DNA of 63,578 nucleotides, the filler included, from Octopus bimaculoides (taxonomy: Eukaryota), in assembly GCF_001194135.2 (NCBI RefSeq). It is 8 parts of 8 records of this genome, joined end to end, with 100 filler letters (N's around TTAATTAATTAA, not from the genome) between each part and the next. Parts side by side here need not be neighbours in the genome. Positions count along the whole stretch, not along the records: positions 1 to 8,886 come from NC_068987.1; positions 8,987 to 20,007 come from NC_068995.1; 6 more parts are not named here. One strand, 5' to 3'. Of this stretch, positions 1 to 11,767 are shown in pieces (positions within the stretch are counted from its first letter, which is position 1; the number at the start of each line of letters is the position of its first letter). Under the pieces are notes generated by a model, which was not told the origin of the DNA, made no database searches, and saw only the letters and a program-made list of their open reading frames with translations. The position numbers were made by a program, and so were the translations under genes.

Positions 1-548
1 GTTCATCCTTTCGGGGTCAATAAATTAAGTACCATTTATGCACTGGGGTCGATGTAATCGACTTAATCCCTTTGTTTTTCCTTGTTTGTCCCCTCTATGT
101 TAAGCCCTTTGTGGCAATAAAGAAATAAGAAACGTTAGCAAGCCGGACGAAATGCTTAGTGGTATTCCGTCTGGCGTTACGTTCTGAGTTCAAATTCTGC
201 CGAGGTCGGCTTTGCCTTTCATCCTTTCGGGGTCGATTAAATAAGTACCAGTTACGCACTGGAGTCGATATAATCGACTTAATTTGTTTGTCTGTCCTTG
301 TTTGTCCCCTCTGTGTGTAGCCCCTTGTGGGCAGTAATGAAATAAGAAACGTTAGCACGTCGGGCGAAATACCTAGCGGTATTTCGTCTGTCTTTACGTT
401 CTGAGTTCAAATTCCGCCGAGGTCGACTTTGCCTTTCATCCTTTCGGGATCGATAAATTAAGAACTAGTTGCGTACTGGGGTCGATCCAATCGACTGCCC
501 CCTCTCCAAAATTTTCGGGCCTTGTACTTAGAGTAGAAAAGTATATTT
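1..548 (+). mobile_element. Head-to-tail trimer of tRNA-derived SINE (family A)
   Basis: Three copies of ...GTTCTGAGTTCAAATT...GCCTTTCATCCTTTCGGGGTCGAT...AAGTACCA. New units start at GAAACGTTAGC (129, 346; period 217). B-box-like GAGTTCAAATT. The third copy has a different 3' tail. Confidence 0.85.
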
Positions 549-748
549 AGCAAACGCCTCTTCCTTATGTTTTGTAAGAAATCCCTATCAGCAAAAAGAC
601 AACAGCGAATTATTTTCAAACAATCGGTTGCTAATTTTACGAAGTGGTTTATGATTTGTATTTTCGTTGATAATCCCGTCCATTACGTGCTTTCTTTTCA
701 ATATTTGCATAAATTAAGCATCCCTCCATTATCTCTTTATCTTTCCTT

Positions 749-1260
749 TTAACTTGTTTCAGTCATTAGACTGCGGCCATGCTGGGGCACCACCTTGAAG
801 AATCTTTAGTCGAACGAATAGACCAAAGTCCTTTTTGTTTTTCTTTAAGCCTGGTATTTATGCTACAGTTCTCTTTTGGCGAACCGCTACGTTACGGGGA
901 TGTGAACACAGCAACACCAGTTGCCAAGCAGTGATGGGGGACATACACACACACAAACACACATACGTGTATATTTATATTTATGTACACGCGCACGCAC
1001 ACATATTCATATATATATATATATAAATAGCAGAAGTAACAGAGTGACTCAAGATCCGAGAGTGCCAGACACACAATCACACACACACAATCACACTTTC
1101 ACGTACGCACATACACACACTTAGTTTCCGTCTACCAAATTCATTCATAAAGCATAAACGGTCATAGAAGACATTTACGCAAGGTGCTGCGCAGTGGGAC
1201 TGAACCCAAAACCACGAGATTACAAAGCAAGTTTATTAACTGCACAGCCATTACTGCGCC
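749..1260 (-). mobile_element. Composite tRNA-derived SINE (family B): head + microsatellite spacer + tail
   Basis: Reverse complement has head (..GGTTCAGTCCCACTGCGCAGCACCTTG..), central (CA/TA)n and tail CCAGCATGGCCGCAGTC..GACTGAAACAAGT. Many similar copies occur in the window. Confidence 0.85.
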
Positions 1261-3277
1261 ATATTAAATATCAATGAAAATTATTAAAAAAAAGACGAGG
1301 TTCCAAGAAGGAAATTATATTAGGTCTTGGCGCAACTGCAGTGATGTTTCTGCTCACAAATAATGCAGATAATATCTACCGATATTTTAGTTTTAATATA
1401 AATGGGCTTCCTATTTGAAAATATGTTCAAAATATAGCTATTGGGCCTGGTTTAAATATTTTTATTTCTAAGGATATTCATGACCCCCATCGTCTCCCAT
1501 AGTTTCCCCTCCCACCACTGACATTTGTTGCGTCCTTTGAGAACTCACAATGGCTTCAGGGGTACGGTACCGCTTAGGTTAAAACGATTGTATAAGTGTA
1601 ACGGGACCCAAATGAATCTAAACTCGATATTCTAATAATTACAAACAATAAATTTTTTTGCCGCAGTTATCTCATGCTGGCGGTAACTAATAAGAATGAA
1701 ATGGTACTATACGTATTTGCGTATGACTAGATATTTTAAGGCCGTTGTAATAAGTAAGAGAAAACAAATTAAATATGTATATTCTCTGTATCTTCTTCCT
1801 TGTTCTTCGATTTAAATTCAAATTTCTAACTCGGCCAATATTCATTTAGGAATGATTATCTCCCTTACAATAATTGACCTCCAGGTCACGCCACGAGTTT
1901 GAAATAGTGAAACGTTCATATTAGATTGAAAAGTTTTGTTACCAGGATAAAATTACAAAAGGGAGCAATATGATATATATACTGTAAGACGAAGGGCTTT
2001 ACGTTCTTTAGTTATTTAGTTAAATTTAGCTACCGTGACTAAGATCATACTGGAGCAGCGCTTATGTGATCTAAATTGAAAAATTAAAAAAAAACAATAA
2101 AACTGCCTGACGAGTATTTCATAATGTAAAATAAACAGCTCTGAAATGAAATGGTGTGGTTGGTAGAGTTGTTAATAGTAAACGGAATGTCAATGTTGAT
2201 GTCGGTGTAATTAATCTGTAACACAGCAGGTCTCCGAACTGGCGGAGCCGAGCGAAACCCAGCATGTAGCTAAGGTAACTTATTGAAACTGTTCAAAATC
2301 TATTTATGTGATGTGACTAAAAATGGCGTGAAACAGAACATTTTCATTCGGGCTAGCAGCCAATAAGTACAACAAGGCAAGCCTTTAGTCTTCAGTTGTC
2401 ATATTTCTTCTCTTCATTCCAGTGAACACAACAACGTAACACAACAGTAAATAGGCTGCCTACTTAAAAGCATGGCACGTCAGTTAGTTCAAGGACCACA
2501 TTGTCAATTGCAATAGATCATTCAACGAACGAAGATATGTGTGCAGTTATATAGAATGTTGTGAAACACTCTCTGAAAAGAGCTGTTCAGGGATATCATA
2601 TACAGCAGCAGATGGATCGGTGCAATGCGTTTTAATTATATTCTTTATACAAAGACTGAATAGGATATGGTAAAATGGGTACTTCTATATATTTCCCATG
2701 ACACACAGCAGAATGGTGGAAATTGAAGAAATATTAATAAAACATCGAAGAATTGGTGGATATTTTCATTTATTGTATTTTTCTTTGCTTTTTTTTTTTT
2801 TTAGTGCAGATTGCTTGTGAATTATTCGAGTTACGTGAATAGCCCTGTCTTAAACTGAGCGTGCGAATACGTGTGGGCGTATATGTGTATATATATATGT
2901 GTGTGTACGTGTGTGTGTGTGTGAATACATACACGTAAATATACACGTTTATAAGTGTGTAGTGTTTCGGTGCATGTATGTGTGTTCTTTTGTATATTTG
3001 TATGTGTGTAAATATGACTAAAGAAAATAACCAGGCTTACATTCACACGACACACACGCACACACATATGCACGCACGCACACACACACACCAAGCCTCT
3101 TTCACCAGCATGGCTGTTTAGCATCATCATCGTCGTAAATGGAGATATATATGTGTGCGTGTGTATATATGCGTATATACATGCGTTTTATATATGTACA
3201 TATATATACGCTATATATATGTGTGTGGGGGTGTGTATGTATATGTATATATATATATACTTTTATTCTTTTACTTT

Positions 3278-3463
3278 TTTCAGTTATTTGACTGTAGCCA
3301 TGCTGGAGCACGACCTTTAGTTGAACAAGTCGACTCCAAGACTTATTCTTTGTAAGCCTAGTACATATTCTATCGGTATCTTTTGCCAAACCTCTACGTT
3401 ACAGGCACGTACACACCAACATCGGTTGTCAAGTGCTGGTAGGGGACAAACACAGACACACAA

Positions 3464-3467
<4 letters not shown>
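3278..3467 (-). mobile_element. SINE family B, 3' half
   Basis: TTGACTGTAGCCATGCTGGAGCACGACC...TAAGCCTAGTAC...ACCAACATCGGTTGTCAAG matches the other family B tails. Confidence 0.8.
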
Positions 3468-3500
<33 letters not shown>

Positions 3501-3502
<2 letters not shown>

Positions 3503-3845
3503 CGCATTTCATTTTCACCATCCATCCGCTTCTCCGCGTTCCATTCTGTTTTCTTTGTACTTTTCTCTCCCTGTTTCTGTCTCCAACTGTTTCTTGTCCT
3601 CATATAAAGCATCTGTCGTCTTGCCTTCTTTACCAGTCACAGCCAGGTATTTTAACTTAAATGATATACAACTCTGCTGCCTCTCATTAACTTTACTCCT
3701 GTCAATTACTCGCTGAAGAAAGACTCTTTCCGAAACGTTGGATTTTCCATTCTCCACACCAAGTCCACTCTACTCCTTTTATCGATTTTACGAAATAACA
3801 CAAGTCTTGCTGCTGTAGACCAACACCAGTCTCTTTAGAATTTGT
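3501..3845 (+). mobile_element. Probable Penelope-like pseudo-LTR fragment with hammerhead-like motif
   Basis: Contains CTGAAGA-N12-GAAACGTT (3713-3739), the motif order of the minimal hammerheads of Penelope-like elements. Sits between (TA)n and (TG)n tracts. Confidence 0.35.
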
Positions 3846-3851
3846 TTGATC

Positions 3852-3894
<43 letters not shown>

Positions 3895-4026
3895 TATACA
3901 CACATATACATATACACATGCATACAAAAATATATATGTACATACACTTAAGAGGTAGGTTATTTTAGAAGGAAAAGGCAGGGGCGAAATAAGATAAATG
4001 TGGAGGGTTTCTCAGATGTTGTCCTC

Positions 4027-4066
<40 letters not shown>

Positions 4067-4624
4067 CTGTGTGTCCTCGTATCTGCACAACCACTCTTCC
4101 TTAACACTTTTCTGAACTCCCCGCCCTATAGAACAACATTCCCACCTGTTTTCCACCCCACCACTCGCATTTTTCTTTTTCTCTCAATGACTGTTTCTTT
4201 TCCTCGCTCTTTATGCGTCTGTCTTTCTTCTGGTAAATGACTAGTGTCCGAAACGTTGGGTTCTTCTCCTTCCAAAATAGCATTAAGCTAATATCGTATT
4301 TGTCAAACTTTGTCTTTCGTGTGTTGTGCCCATTTATTTCTCATTGTATTTACACTATATACATGTGGGTGTGACAGGCTGTGCATGTATGTATATTTAT
4401 TTACACACATGCACATATTTGTTCACATACATAGATTTATATACACACGCACACATGACTGGACACGTAAATTTATAAGCATAAGCACATACACATATAC
4501 AAACAGTTATACATATATACCTAATATACGCTTATATATCTACACATACACTCACTATATAATACGTGTAAATGTGCATACATTTTTACACCTTTATAAA
4601 AACATGTGTAAACTCTTATATACG

Positions 4625-4800
4625 TTTTCCAGTTTGTATTTTGGCCATGCTGGAGCACCACCATGACGGCTTTTAGTCAGTCACACCAACATCAGTACTA
4701 ATTCTAAGTGTGCTACTTTTTCTATCGGTTTCGTTTTACTGACTTGCAAATTTACAGGGATGTAAGCAAACCAACACCAGTATTCAAGTGGTCGAGGCTT
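4625..4800 (-). mobile_element. SINE family B, degenerate tail
   Basis: GGCCATGCTGGAGCACCACC...TACAGGGATGTAAGCAAACCAACACCAG similar to the other copies. Confidence 0.7.
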
Positions 4801-4849
4801 TGCATATCTGCGTCAGTGTATCATCTTTTTGTTGTCATTATCTTTTTAT

Positions 4850-4890
4850 TGTCACTCTCTCTCTCTCCCACTCTCTCACTCTCTCTCCCA

Positions 4891-4921
<31 letters not shown>

Positions 4922-4955
4922 CAAATAACTATCTATCTGTCTCTCCATCTGCCTG

Positions 4956-5013
<58 letters not shown>

Positions 5014-5157
5014 ACGACAGAACGCACGCGTTACCTTTATACAGTAAGTTTTTTAACTATTTTTCTAACGCGACTCTCTCTATTTCTATCTCCCCCTCTC
5101 ATTCTTCCCTCTACTGTTCTTCGCCTCTACCTGTCACTACTTCTCTCTCTCTCTCTC
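4850..5157. repeat. Compound (CT)n/(CTAT)n microsatellite, runs into an assembly gap
   Basis: Direct inspection. Confidence 0.95.
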
Positions 5158-5953
5158 NNNNNNNNNNNNNNNNNNNNNNNNNNNNNNNNNNNNNNNNNNN
5201 NNNNNNNNNNNNNNNNNNNNNNNNNNNNNNNNNNNNNNNNNNNNNNNNNNNNNNNNNNNNNNNNNNNNNNNNNNNNNNNNNNNNNNNNNNNNNNNNNNNN
5301 NNNNNNNNNNNNNNNNNNNNNNNNNNNNNNNNNNNNNNNNNNNNNNNNNNNNNNNNNNNNNNNNNNNNNNNNNNNNNNNNNNNNNNNNNNNNNNNNNNNN
5401 NNNNNNNNNNNNNNNNNNNNNNNNNNNNNNNNNNNNNNNNNNNNNNNNNNNNNNNNNNNNNNNNNNNNNNNNNNNNNNNNNNNNNNNNNNNNNNNNNNNN
5501 NNNNNNNNNNNNNNNNNNNNNNNNNNNNNNNNNNNNNNNNNNNNNNNNNNNNNNNNNNNNNNNNNNNNNNNNNNNNNNNNNNNNNNNNNNNNNNNNNNNN
5601 NNNNNNNNNNNNNNNNNNNNNNNNNNNNNNNNNNNNNNNNNNNNNNNNNNNNNNNNNNNNNNNNNNNNNNNNNNNNNNNNNNNNNNNNNNNNNNNNNNNN
5701 NNNNNNNNNNNNNNNNNNNNNNNNNNNNNNNNNNNNNNNNNNNNNNNNNNNNNNNNNNNNNNNNNNNNNNNNNNNNNNNNNNNNNNNNNNNNNNNNNNNN
5801 NNNNNNNNNNNNNNNNNNNNNNNNATATATATATATATAGGTATGTGTGTGTATGTATGTATGAATGTACGCATGTATGCGCGTATCTATGTGCGTGTGT
5901 GCAAGCGTGTGCGTATGTGTATGTGCGAATGTGTGTGTGTGTGCGTACGTGTC

Positions 5954-5988
<35 letters not shown>

Positions 5989-6059
5989 TGAACGTGAAGG
6001 ATTGCACTTGACAGCAGTTAGCAAATGGCTAAAGGATGATAAAGAAACATGGCTGCTGT

Positions 6060-6368
6060 AATGGATTGATTGGCGAAATGAGGTAGCAAGCAGCGTGGTT
6101 GAGCGGCAGTGATGGTAATTGAATTGTGGTAGCGGCGGTGATGGTGGTGGTGGTAGGCGTGGTGGGGTGGGTTGGGTTTTAGATGGCTGCGGTGTTAGGG
6201 GTGGAGGCGGAGGTGGTGGTGGTGGTGGTGGTGGTGGTGGTGGTGGTGGTGGTGGTGGTGGTGGTAGCCATGATGGTCGTGGTAGTCGGTATGTTATTGT
6301 AGTGGCAAACGGCAGTGATGGTGAGGATAATGATGATAATGAAGCTGATATCATGACTACTACTGCTA

Positions 6369-6401
<33 letters not shown>

Positions 6402-6594
6402 TGGTGATGATGACGATGATGATGACAATAATGATGATGACGACGACAACGATGATGACGATGATAATGATGATGACAATGATGATGATGAATACGACAT
6501 CGATGGTGATGGTGTGATGACGACAATGATGATGATGATGACAATGATATGATGATGACCACGACGACGACGGTGATGACGATGATGATGAAGC

Positions 6595-6649
<55 letters not shown>

Positions 6650-6860
6650 AGTAATTGAAACTGTGATGATTGGTTAGTAATTGTAAAGGCGTTAGTGGTA
6701 GCGTAGTTGCTTATTAGCGATGGTGGTACAGCTGGATGTGGGTCAGTGACGATGAAGATAATGATTGGGGTGTTGTGATGATGATGATGATGATGCTGGT
6801 GGAGAAGGAGATGGAGAAATTCGGTTGTTGTTGTTGTTGTTGCTGTGGCAATTGTCGCGA
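6060..6860. repeat. Compound trinucleotide microsatellite (GGT)n-(GAC)n-(GAT)n-(GTT)n
   Basis: Direct inspection; accounts for the poly-G/poly-M/poly-T ORFs in the ORF track. Confidence 0.9.
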
Positions 6861-7139
6861 TAGTAACTATGGGGAGTAGCGAATGTGTTTATTTATTTAT
6901 TTGTTTGTTCATTCATTTTGTTTCAGGTGGTGTGTCTGTGATGATGGGGGTCATGCCAAAGTGGTGGCGGTGATAGCTGGGAATGATGAGTAAATAAATA
7001 TAGGCGGGGGGTGGGGGTGGGGGGTTAGTGGCGGCGGCGATGGGTGTCTTCCATCGGACAGCAACAGCAAAGCGTTTGTGTCTTGATAAAGTATCGCTAA
7101 CGAATGTTGAAGGGTGAGTTAAGATTGAAAGAAAATAAT

Positions 7140-7312
7140 GTGGCGTGGCTGTGCGGTTAAGAAACTTGCTTTGAAACCACGCGGTTTTGAGTTCAGTCCC
7201 ACTACGCGACACCTTGGGCCAGCGACTTGTATTATATCTCCCGGTTGACCAATGGCTTGTGAGTCAATCTGGGAGACGAACACTGGAAAATCGAAGTATG
7301 TATCGTTGCTAT
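7140..7312 (+). mobile_element. SINE family B, head
   Basis: GGCGTGGCTGTGCGGTTAAG...GAGTTCAGTCCCACTACGCGACACCTTGGGC...GGGAGACGAACACTGGAAA. Confidence 0.7.
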
Positions 7313-7621
7313 TATGCAAAAGTGTCGTAAGTTCAAAACGTTGCATTTTCAGAAAACGGAAAAATAATTTCACCATTCCATAGCAAAACCGTTGTACTAC
7401 ACTTTGACAATTTTTGATATCTTGGCATCTAAAGCAGCTGGAGATACAATAATTTACTCAAAAGAACCGGCTATTAAAAGCAAAAATAAATAGTGAAAAA
7501 AAAAAAAATCGCATTTGGCCAAATTTGGACATACGACATATATATATATGACTTTTTGACAGCTTCCGCATGCGTAAAAATGTTTTTCTGTCGTAACAAG
7601 GAACGTGCTTTTATATATATA

Positions 7622-8305
7622 CAGACTGTCCTCATTTAACGACCGAGTTACGTTCCAACAGCCCCGTCGTTAAGCAAATTCGTCGTTAAACGAATATTCA
7701 TATGGTACGTATTTTTTTTTATAGGTATAGTGTACTGTAGGTACATATAAAAACAGAATACCGTACTGTATAAAGTATATGCAGTACAGGGCCAAGAATC
7801 ACTAACATAAATTGTTGAAAAATGAATAAGCAACAGTAAGATTATCACAAAGATAAGGAAAACCTTAAAAGTTAGGATATGGATACTATATTAATGTAGC
7901 TCAGACATCGTAAGTATGTTTGTGATTCCAGGCCCAGTACATAAGATGTCTAATAAACTTTTTCTCAGGATTATATAGAAAAGGTGAAAAGGTTTAAAGG
8001 AAACTCAAACATAATAACTTTGTTTTACTTTGGATAAAGATTACAAAAGCAACTCATTCTTGACATCAAATTGCATGAAAAACCCCGTCAGTGTTGTTTG
8101 CTTTGTTATCTTCTTTTTTTCGCCATAAATTTCTCGATAACATCGGAAAAGTTCAGTTGTCTGCCTTTCCACCTTGGAAAATCGCTCAAAATTTGGATCC
8201 ATCGCCTCAAGTTCTATTTTGTAAAATATGCAATGACGGCTCGTAAAGTTCGTCGTAACTCCGAGTGGTCGTTAAGTAGGTAGGTCGTTAAATGAGGACA
8301 GTCTG
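7622..8305. mobile_element. Tc1/mariner (Tigger/pogo-like) MITE, 684 bp
   Basis: Perfect 23-bp TIRs CAGACTGTCCTCATTTAACGACC / GGTCGTTAAATGAGGACAGTCTG, TA on both sides, subterminal GTCGTTAA repeats, no ORF. Confidence 0.9.
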
Positions 8306-8886
8306 TATATATCATTTTACTTATGCATAATGAGTCTTCATTACTCCAAGAAATTCATTTTTACCCCACTTGGGGTAATTTACGTCGGTTCGCCAGCCAC
8401 TGCTCTAATGGCTGATAAAAATTGGAATTGTGTATCGTATATGATGCACGGATCATATGTGATACACAGGATAGGCAATGGGTTAAAAATAAGTATTAGC
8501 GTCAGTTTGTTCAACTAAAAATAATTCAAGACGATGAGCCAACATGGCTGCAGTTCAATGACTGAAAGAAGTAAACGCTGAAAAATAGGCGACAACAACA
8601 ATAAGGAGAGAAGTTTAAAATGAGGGATTAACACAAGTAGGGAAGTAAGTAGATGGGAAAAATAAGTCGAAGCAAAGGGCGTGAAGAGAAATTTGGGAGC
8701 AAAGACAAGCAAATATGTATGAAATAAAACTTAAGGGAAAACAGTAACACGAGACAGAGAGACCCAGTTAGGGATGTTGTAGAGATAGCGCACAGTGGTA
8801 GCGGCGGAAAAGAAGCGGGGTGGAAATGATAACAAGAACGAAAATAGGTAACACAGAATGGAGGAAAAGTATATATATATATATAT

Positions 8887-8986
8887 NNNNNNNNNNNNNN
8901 NNNNNNNNNNNNNNNNNNNNNNNNNNNNNNTTAATTAATTAANNNNNNNNNNNNNNNNNNNNNNNNNNNNNNNNNNNNNNNNNNNN
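8887..8986. other. Artificial 100-nt scaffold linker N44-TTAATTAATTAA-N44 (12-mer also at 20052, 24206, 52786, 56342, 60251, 61926)
   Basis: Identical 12-mer centred in N runs seven times; it puts stop codons in all six frames. Confidence 0.9.
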
Positions 8987-11033
8987 AATTAAAAGAAATC
9001 AACGCAAATTTAGTCACTCTAACCAACAAAATCGATGGACTATATCACCAAACCCGAGAAAACTTAGAAAACAATCAAAGAATGCAATCTACAGAGAAGG
9101 TCAGTCAAAATCTAAGTGAACTATGCACTACATTAAACAAATTTTTCACTAACAATTTCACAAACAATACCACAAAAGATACACTACAAAAATCACCTAC
9201 CCCGAATAAAAACACATCAATTTCAGCATGTCTAATTAAAAAGTCACACTTGGTCCAAAAACCTCAACACCAGAAAACTCTCATTCTGGAACNNNNNNNN
9301 NNCTACATATTTTCACTTCATAATTTTGCCATGTGCTGTATAGTGATTCTCCAGCATTTTTGCTCCATTTATATTTCTACTATTTGCCTCACGTGCTACA
9401 CAAAATGCATACCTTCACCTCATCGGATAAAATTACCAAAGAGGACATTCTTAAGGAATTAAAAGAAATCAACGCAAATTTAGTCACTCTAACCAACAAA
9501 ATCGATGGACTATATCACCAAACCCGAGAAAACTTAGAAAACAATCAAAGAATGCAATCTACAGAGAAGGTCAGTCAAAATCTAAGTGAACTATGCACTA
9601 CATTAAACAAATTTTTCACTAACAATTTCACAAACAATACCACAAAAGATACACTACAAAAATCACCTACCCCGAATAAAAACACATCAATTTCAGCATG
9701 TCTAATTAAAAAGTCACACTTGGTCCAAAAACCTCAACACCAGAAAACTCTCATTCTGGAACATGGTAAAAAAATAAGGCACAAATATATGAAAAATGGA
9801 TCAACTCAACACCATTAATCTTGCTATGCAAACTCCAAATCAAATGCATCCCAGATGAACCAGAACAAAAACAAACCCTCAGAGAGAAACTAGCACTAGA
9901 AAAAAGGAGAACAGAAATTGAATTACTTAAACTCAGAGCTAAGAATCATGAACAAAAAATATAAAATGGTCAATGATGAGATGATCACAGAACTCATGAT
10001 ACATGCCAATGAACAACTTCTACAAAATGTTATTAAACTATGGAAAGACGACTGTCTATTGGAGGAAATTAATTCACTACAACAATGGGAAAACAATATC
10101 AATTTTTTCCTCAACTACGAATCTCAATTCAAAAGAGACTACACCTCAGACAACACCTTTTTAAAAAAATCCAAAACAAATATATCCACAAAAACCAATA
10201 ACCGTACACCCAGTTCAGACTTTCAACACAGACACACAAAACTATCCCACCACTGGGAAATCAACCACCCCTACCCCACAATAGGACCCACCCCACCAGA
10301 AATAGGAAACACTAGTAAGAACCACCCCAGAACTAGGAATAATAATAATAATAATTATTATTATTTCAGCTCTTTCCCTCCAACAACCAGAAACAGACGG
10401 GGGATCCTACCTACTCCTCAGCATAAGAATTCAACCTTCGGAACTTCAAATCTCTCACTCAAACAAAAAGAACAACTTCACAGCGCCCCATACAGGATTG
10501 TTTTATCATCTGGAATGAAACCTGTGATAAACTTCTGGACTTTAAATCTACACTGAACAATATAAACTCTAATATTCAATTTACAATGGAATATAGCAAT
10601 GAACACCTCCCATTTCTGGATATTTTGATTATAAAAAAATCCAACAACCAAATTGCAACCGTCATCTACCACAAACCAACAGATTCAAAACAGTATCTCC
10701 TTTTGGGTTCATGCCATCCTAAACACACCAAAATAAATAACCCATTCAATCTAGCAAAAAGGACATGTACAATTGTATCTGATACAACTACTCGGGAACT
10801 TCATCTACAAGACTTCAAAATAATACTCATTGAACATCAATACCCACTCGCACTTATAGACCATGGAATTAAATGTGCCAAAAAATTTGGCACAAACACA
10901 CTAAGGACAACAAAACAAAACACCACACCTCACTTTAAATCACTCCCATACATATCAACCTACAACCCCCTGAAACAATGAAGCATACAACACAATTGTA
11001 CAAAATCTCCCTCTGCTCACTCAAGACCCGAAA

Positions 11034-11549
11034 ATGAACATTCTGAATACACATAAACTCCTCAAATGCAAAAGACAACACAAATCACTTAAGAGACTCC
11101 TAACAAATGCAAAACTGTACTTAACACATATGATACCAACAGTTAAAAAATGCGGATGGCCTAATTGTGGTACTTTCCCATACCTAACTGAAGGCTTGGA
11201 ATTCACATTCCAGCAAGGAGAAAATTTTTCAATTAAGACCAACTTCACATGTGCCTTCCAGAACTTAATTTATGTTCTAACCTGCTCAGGTTGTGGCCAC
11301 AATTATGTGGGCCAAAGGAGCCTTACTTTGAGATACAGAGTTATGCTGCATAAAGAACAGATTCGTTTTCCTCAATACAGGCAGATAGCGCTGAGCAAAC
11401 ATATTGACAGATGCACAAGAAATAAAACACCGAATTTCCATATTGGTCCATTATACCAATGCAAAGATTCAATCTCCTTACAAGAACGCCTAAGCAAGGA
11501 AAACCTGTTCATACAAAAGTACAGACCACACCTTAATATACAAACTTGA
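11034..11549 (+). pseudogene. GIY-YIG endonuclease domain of the Penelope-like element
   Basis: CGWPNCGT...NFTCAFQNLIYVLTCSGCGHNYVGQRSLTLRYRVMLH fits the Penelope-type C-C / IY-x-C-xx-C-xxx-YVG-x-R-xx-H pattern. Out of frame with the RT remnant. Confidence 0.8.
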
Positions 11550-11722
11550 CCACTTAATCCCTACACATCCCTATTTCAAGATCAAATTTATTTACTACTA
11601 TTCAATAATGCTGAGGAGGTAGTTGTCCCCCTTGCCATCTATTTCCTCCCTTTATCCATTCATTCTTTTCAAGAAATCCAAAATGGCATGATTCCTTTGT
11701 CTCAAGGAATGATTACTTCACA

Positions 11723-11767
11723 ATGTCCTTGAAAAGCTTATTTAAATAGCGAAAACTGGTTGGATAT
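11723..11767 (+). ncRNA. Degenerate minimal type I hammerhead ribozyme in the Penelope pLTR
   Basis: Stem I ATGTCC/GGATAT; core TTGAAAA (vs CTGAnGA); stem II GCTTAT-TTAA-ATAGC; GAAA; near-palindrome AACTGGTT; UH = TT. Confidence 0.6.

Noticed and set aside
2107-2150. CTGACGA..GAAA hammerhead-like spacing
   Set aside because: No closing G-C pair for stem II, and no stem I or stem III pairing.
2225-2280. CTCCG/CGGAG hairpin followed by AAG|GTAACT (possible first exon or ribozyme)
   Set aside because: A 5-bp stem and a single donor-like site are expected by chance; no recognisable RNA motif.
4708-6007. Long ORFs containing X runs or dipeptide repeats (also at 13.8, 25.6, 42.3, 46.1, 54.0 and 57.0 kb)
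   Set aside because: They are produced by N gaps and (CA/TA/CT)n microsatellites, not by coding sequence.
6119-6562. Gly-, Met/Thr- and His-rich ORFs
   Set aside because: All frames are open only because of stop-free trinucleotide repeats; there are no splice signals and no domain.
8931-8942. TTAATTAATTAA as a homeodomain site or piggyBac target
   Set aside because: It is always centred in 44+44 N, so it is a scaffolding linker.
8987-9291. Apparent tandem duplication of 9457-9761
   Set aside because: Identical sequence bounded by N gaps; typical unmerged contig overlap.
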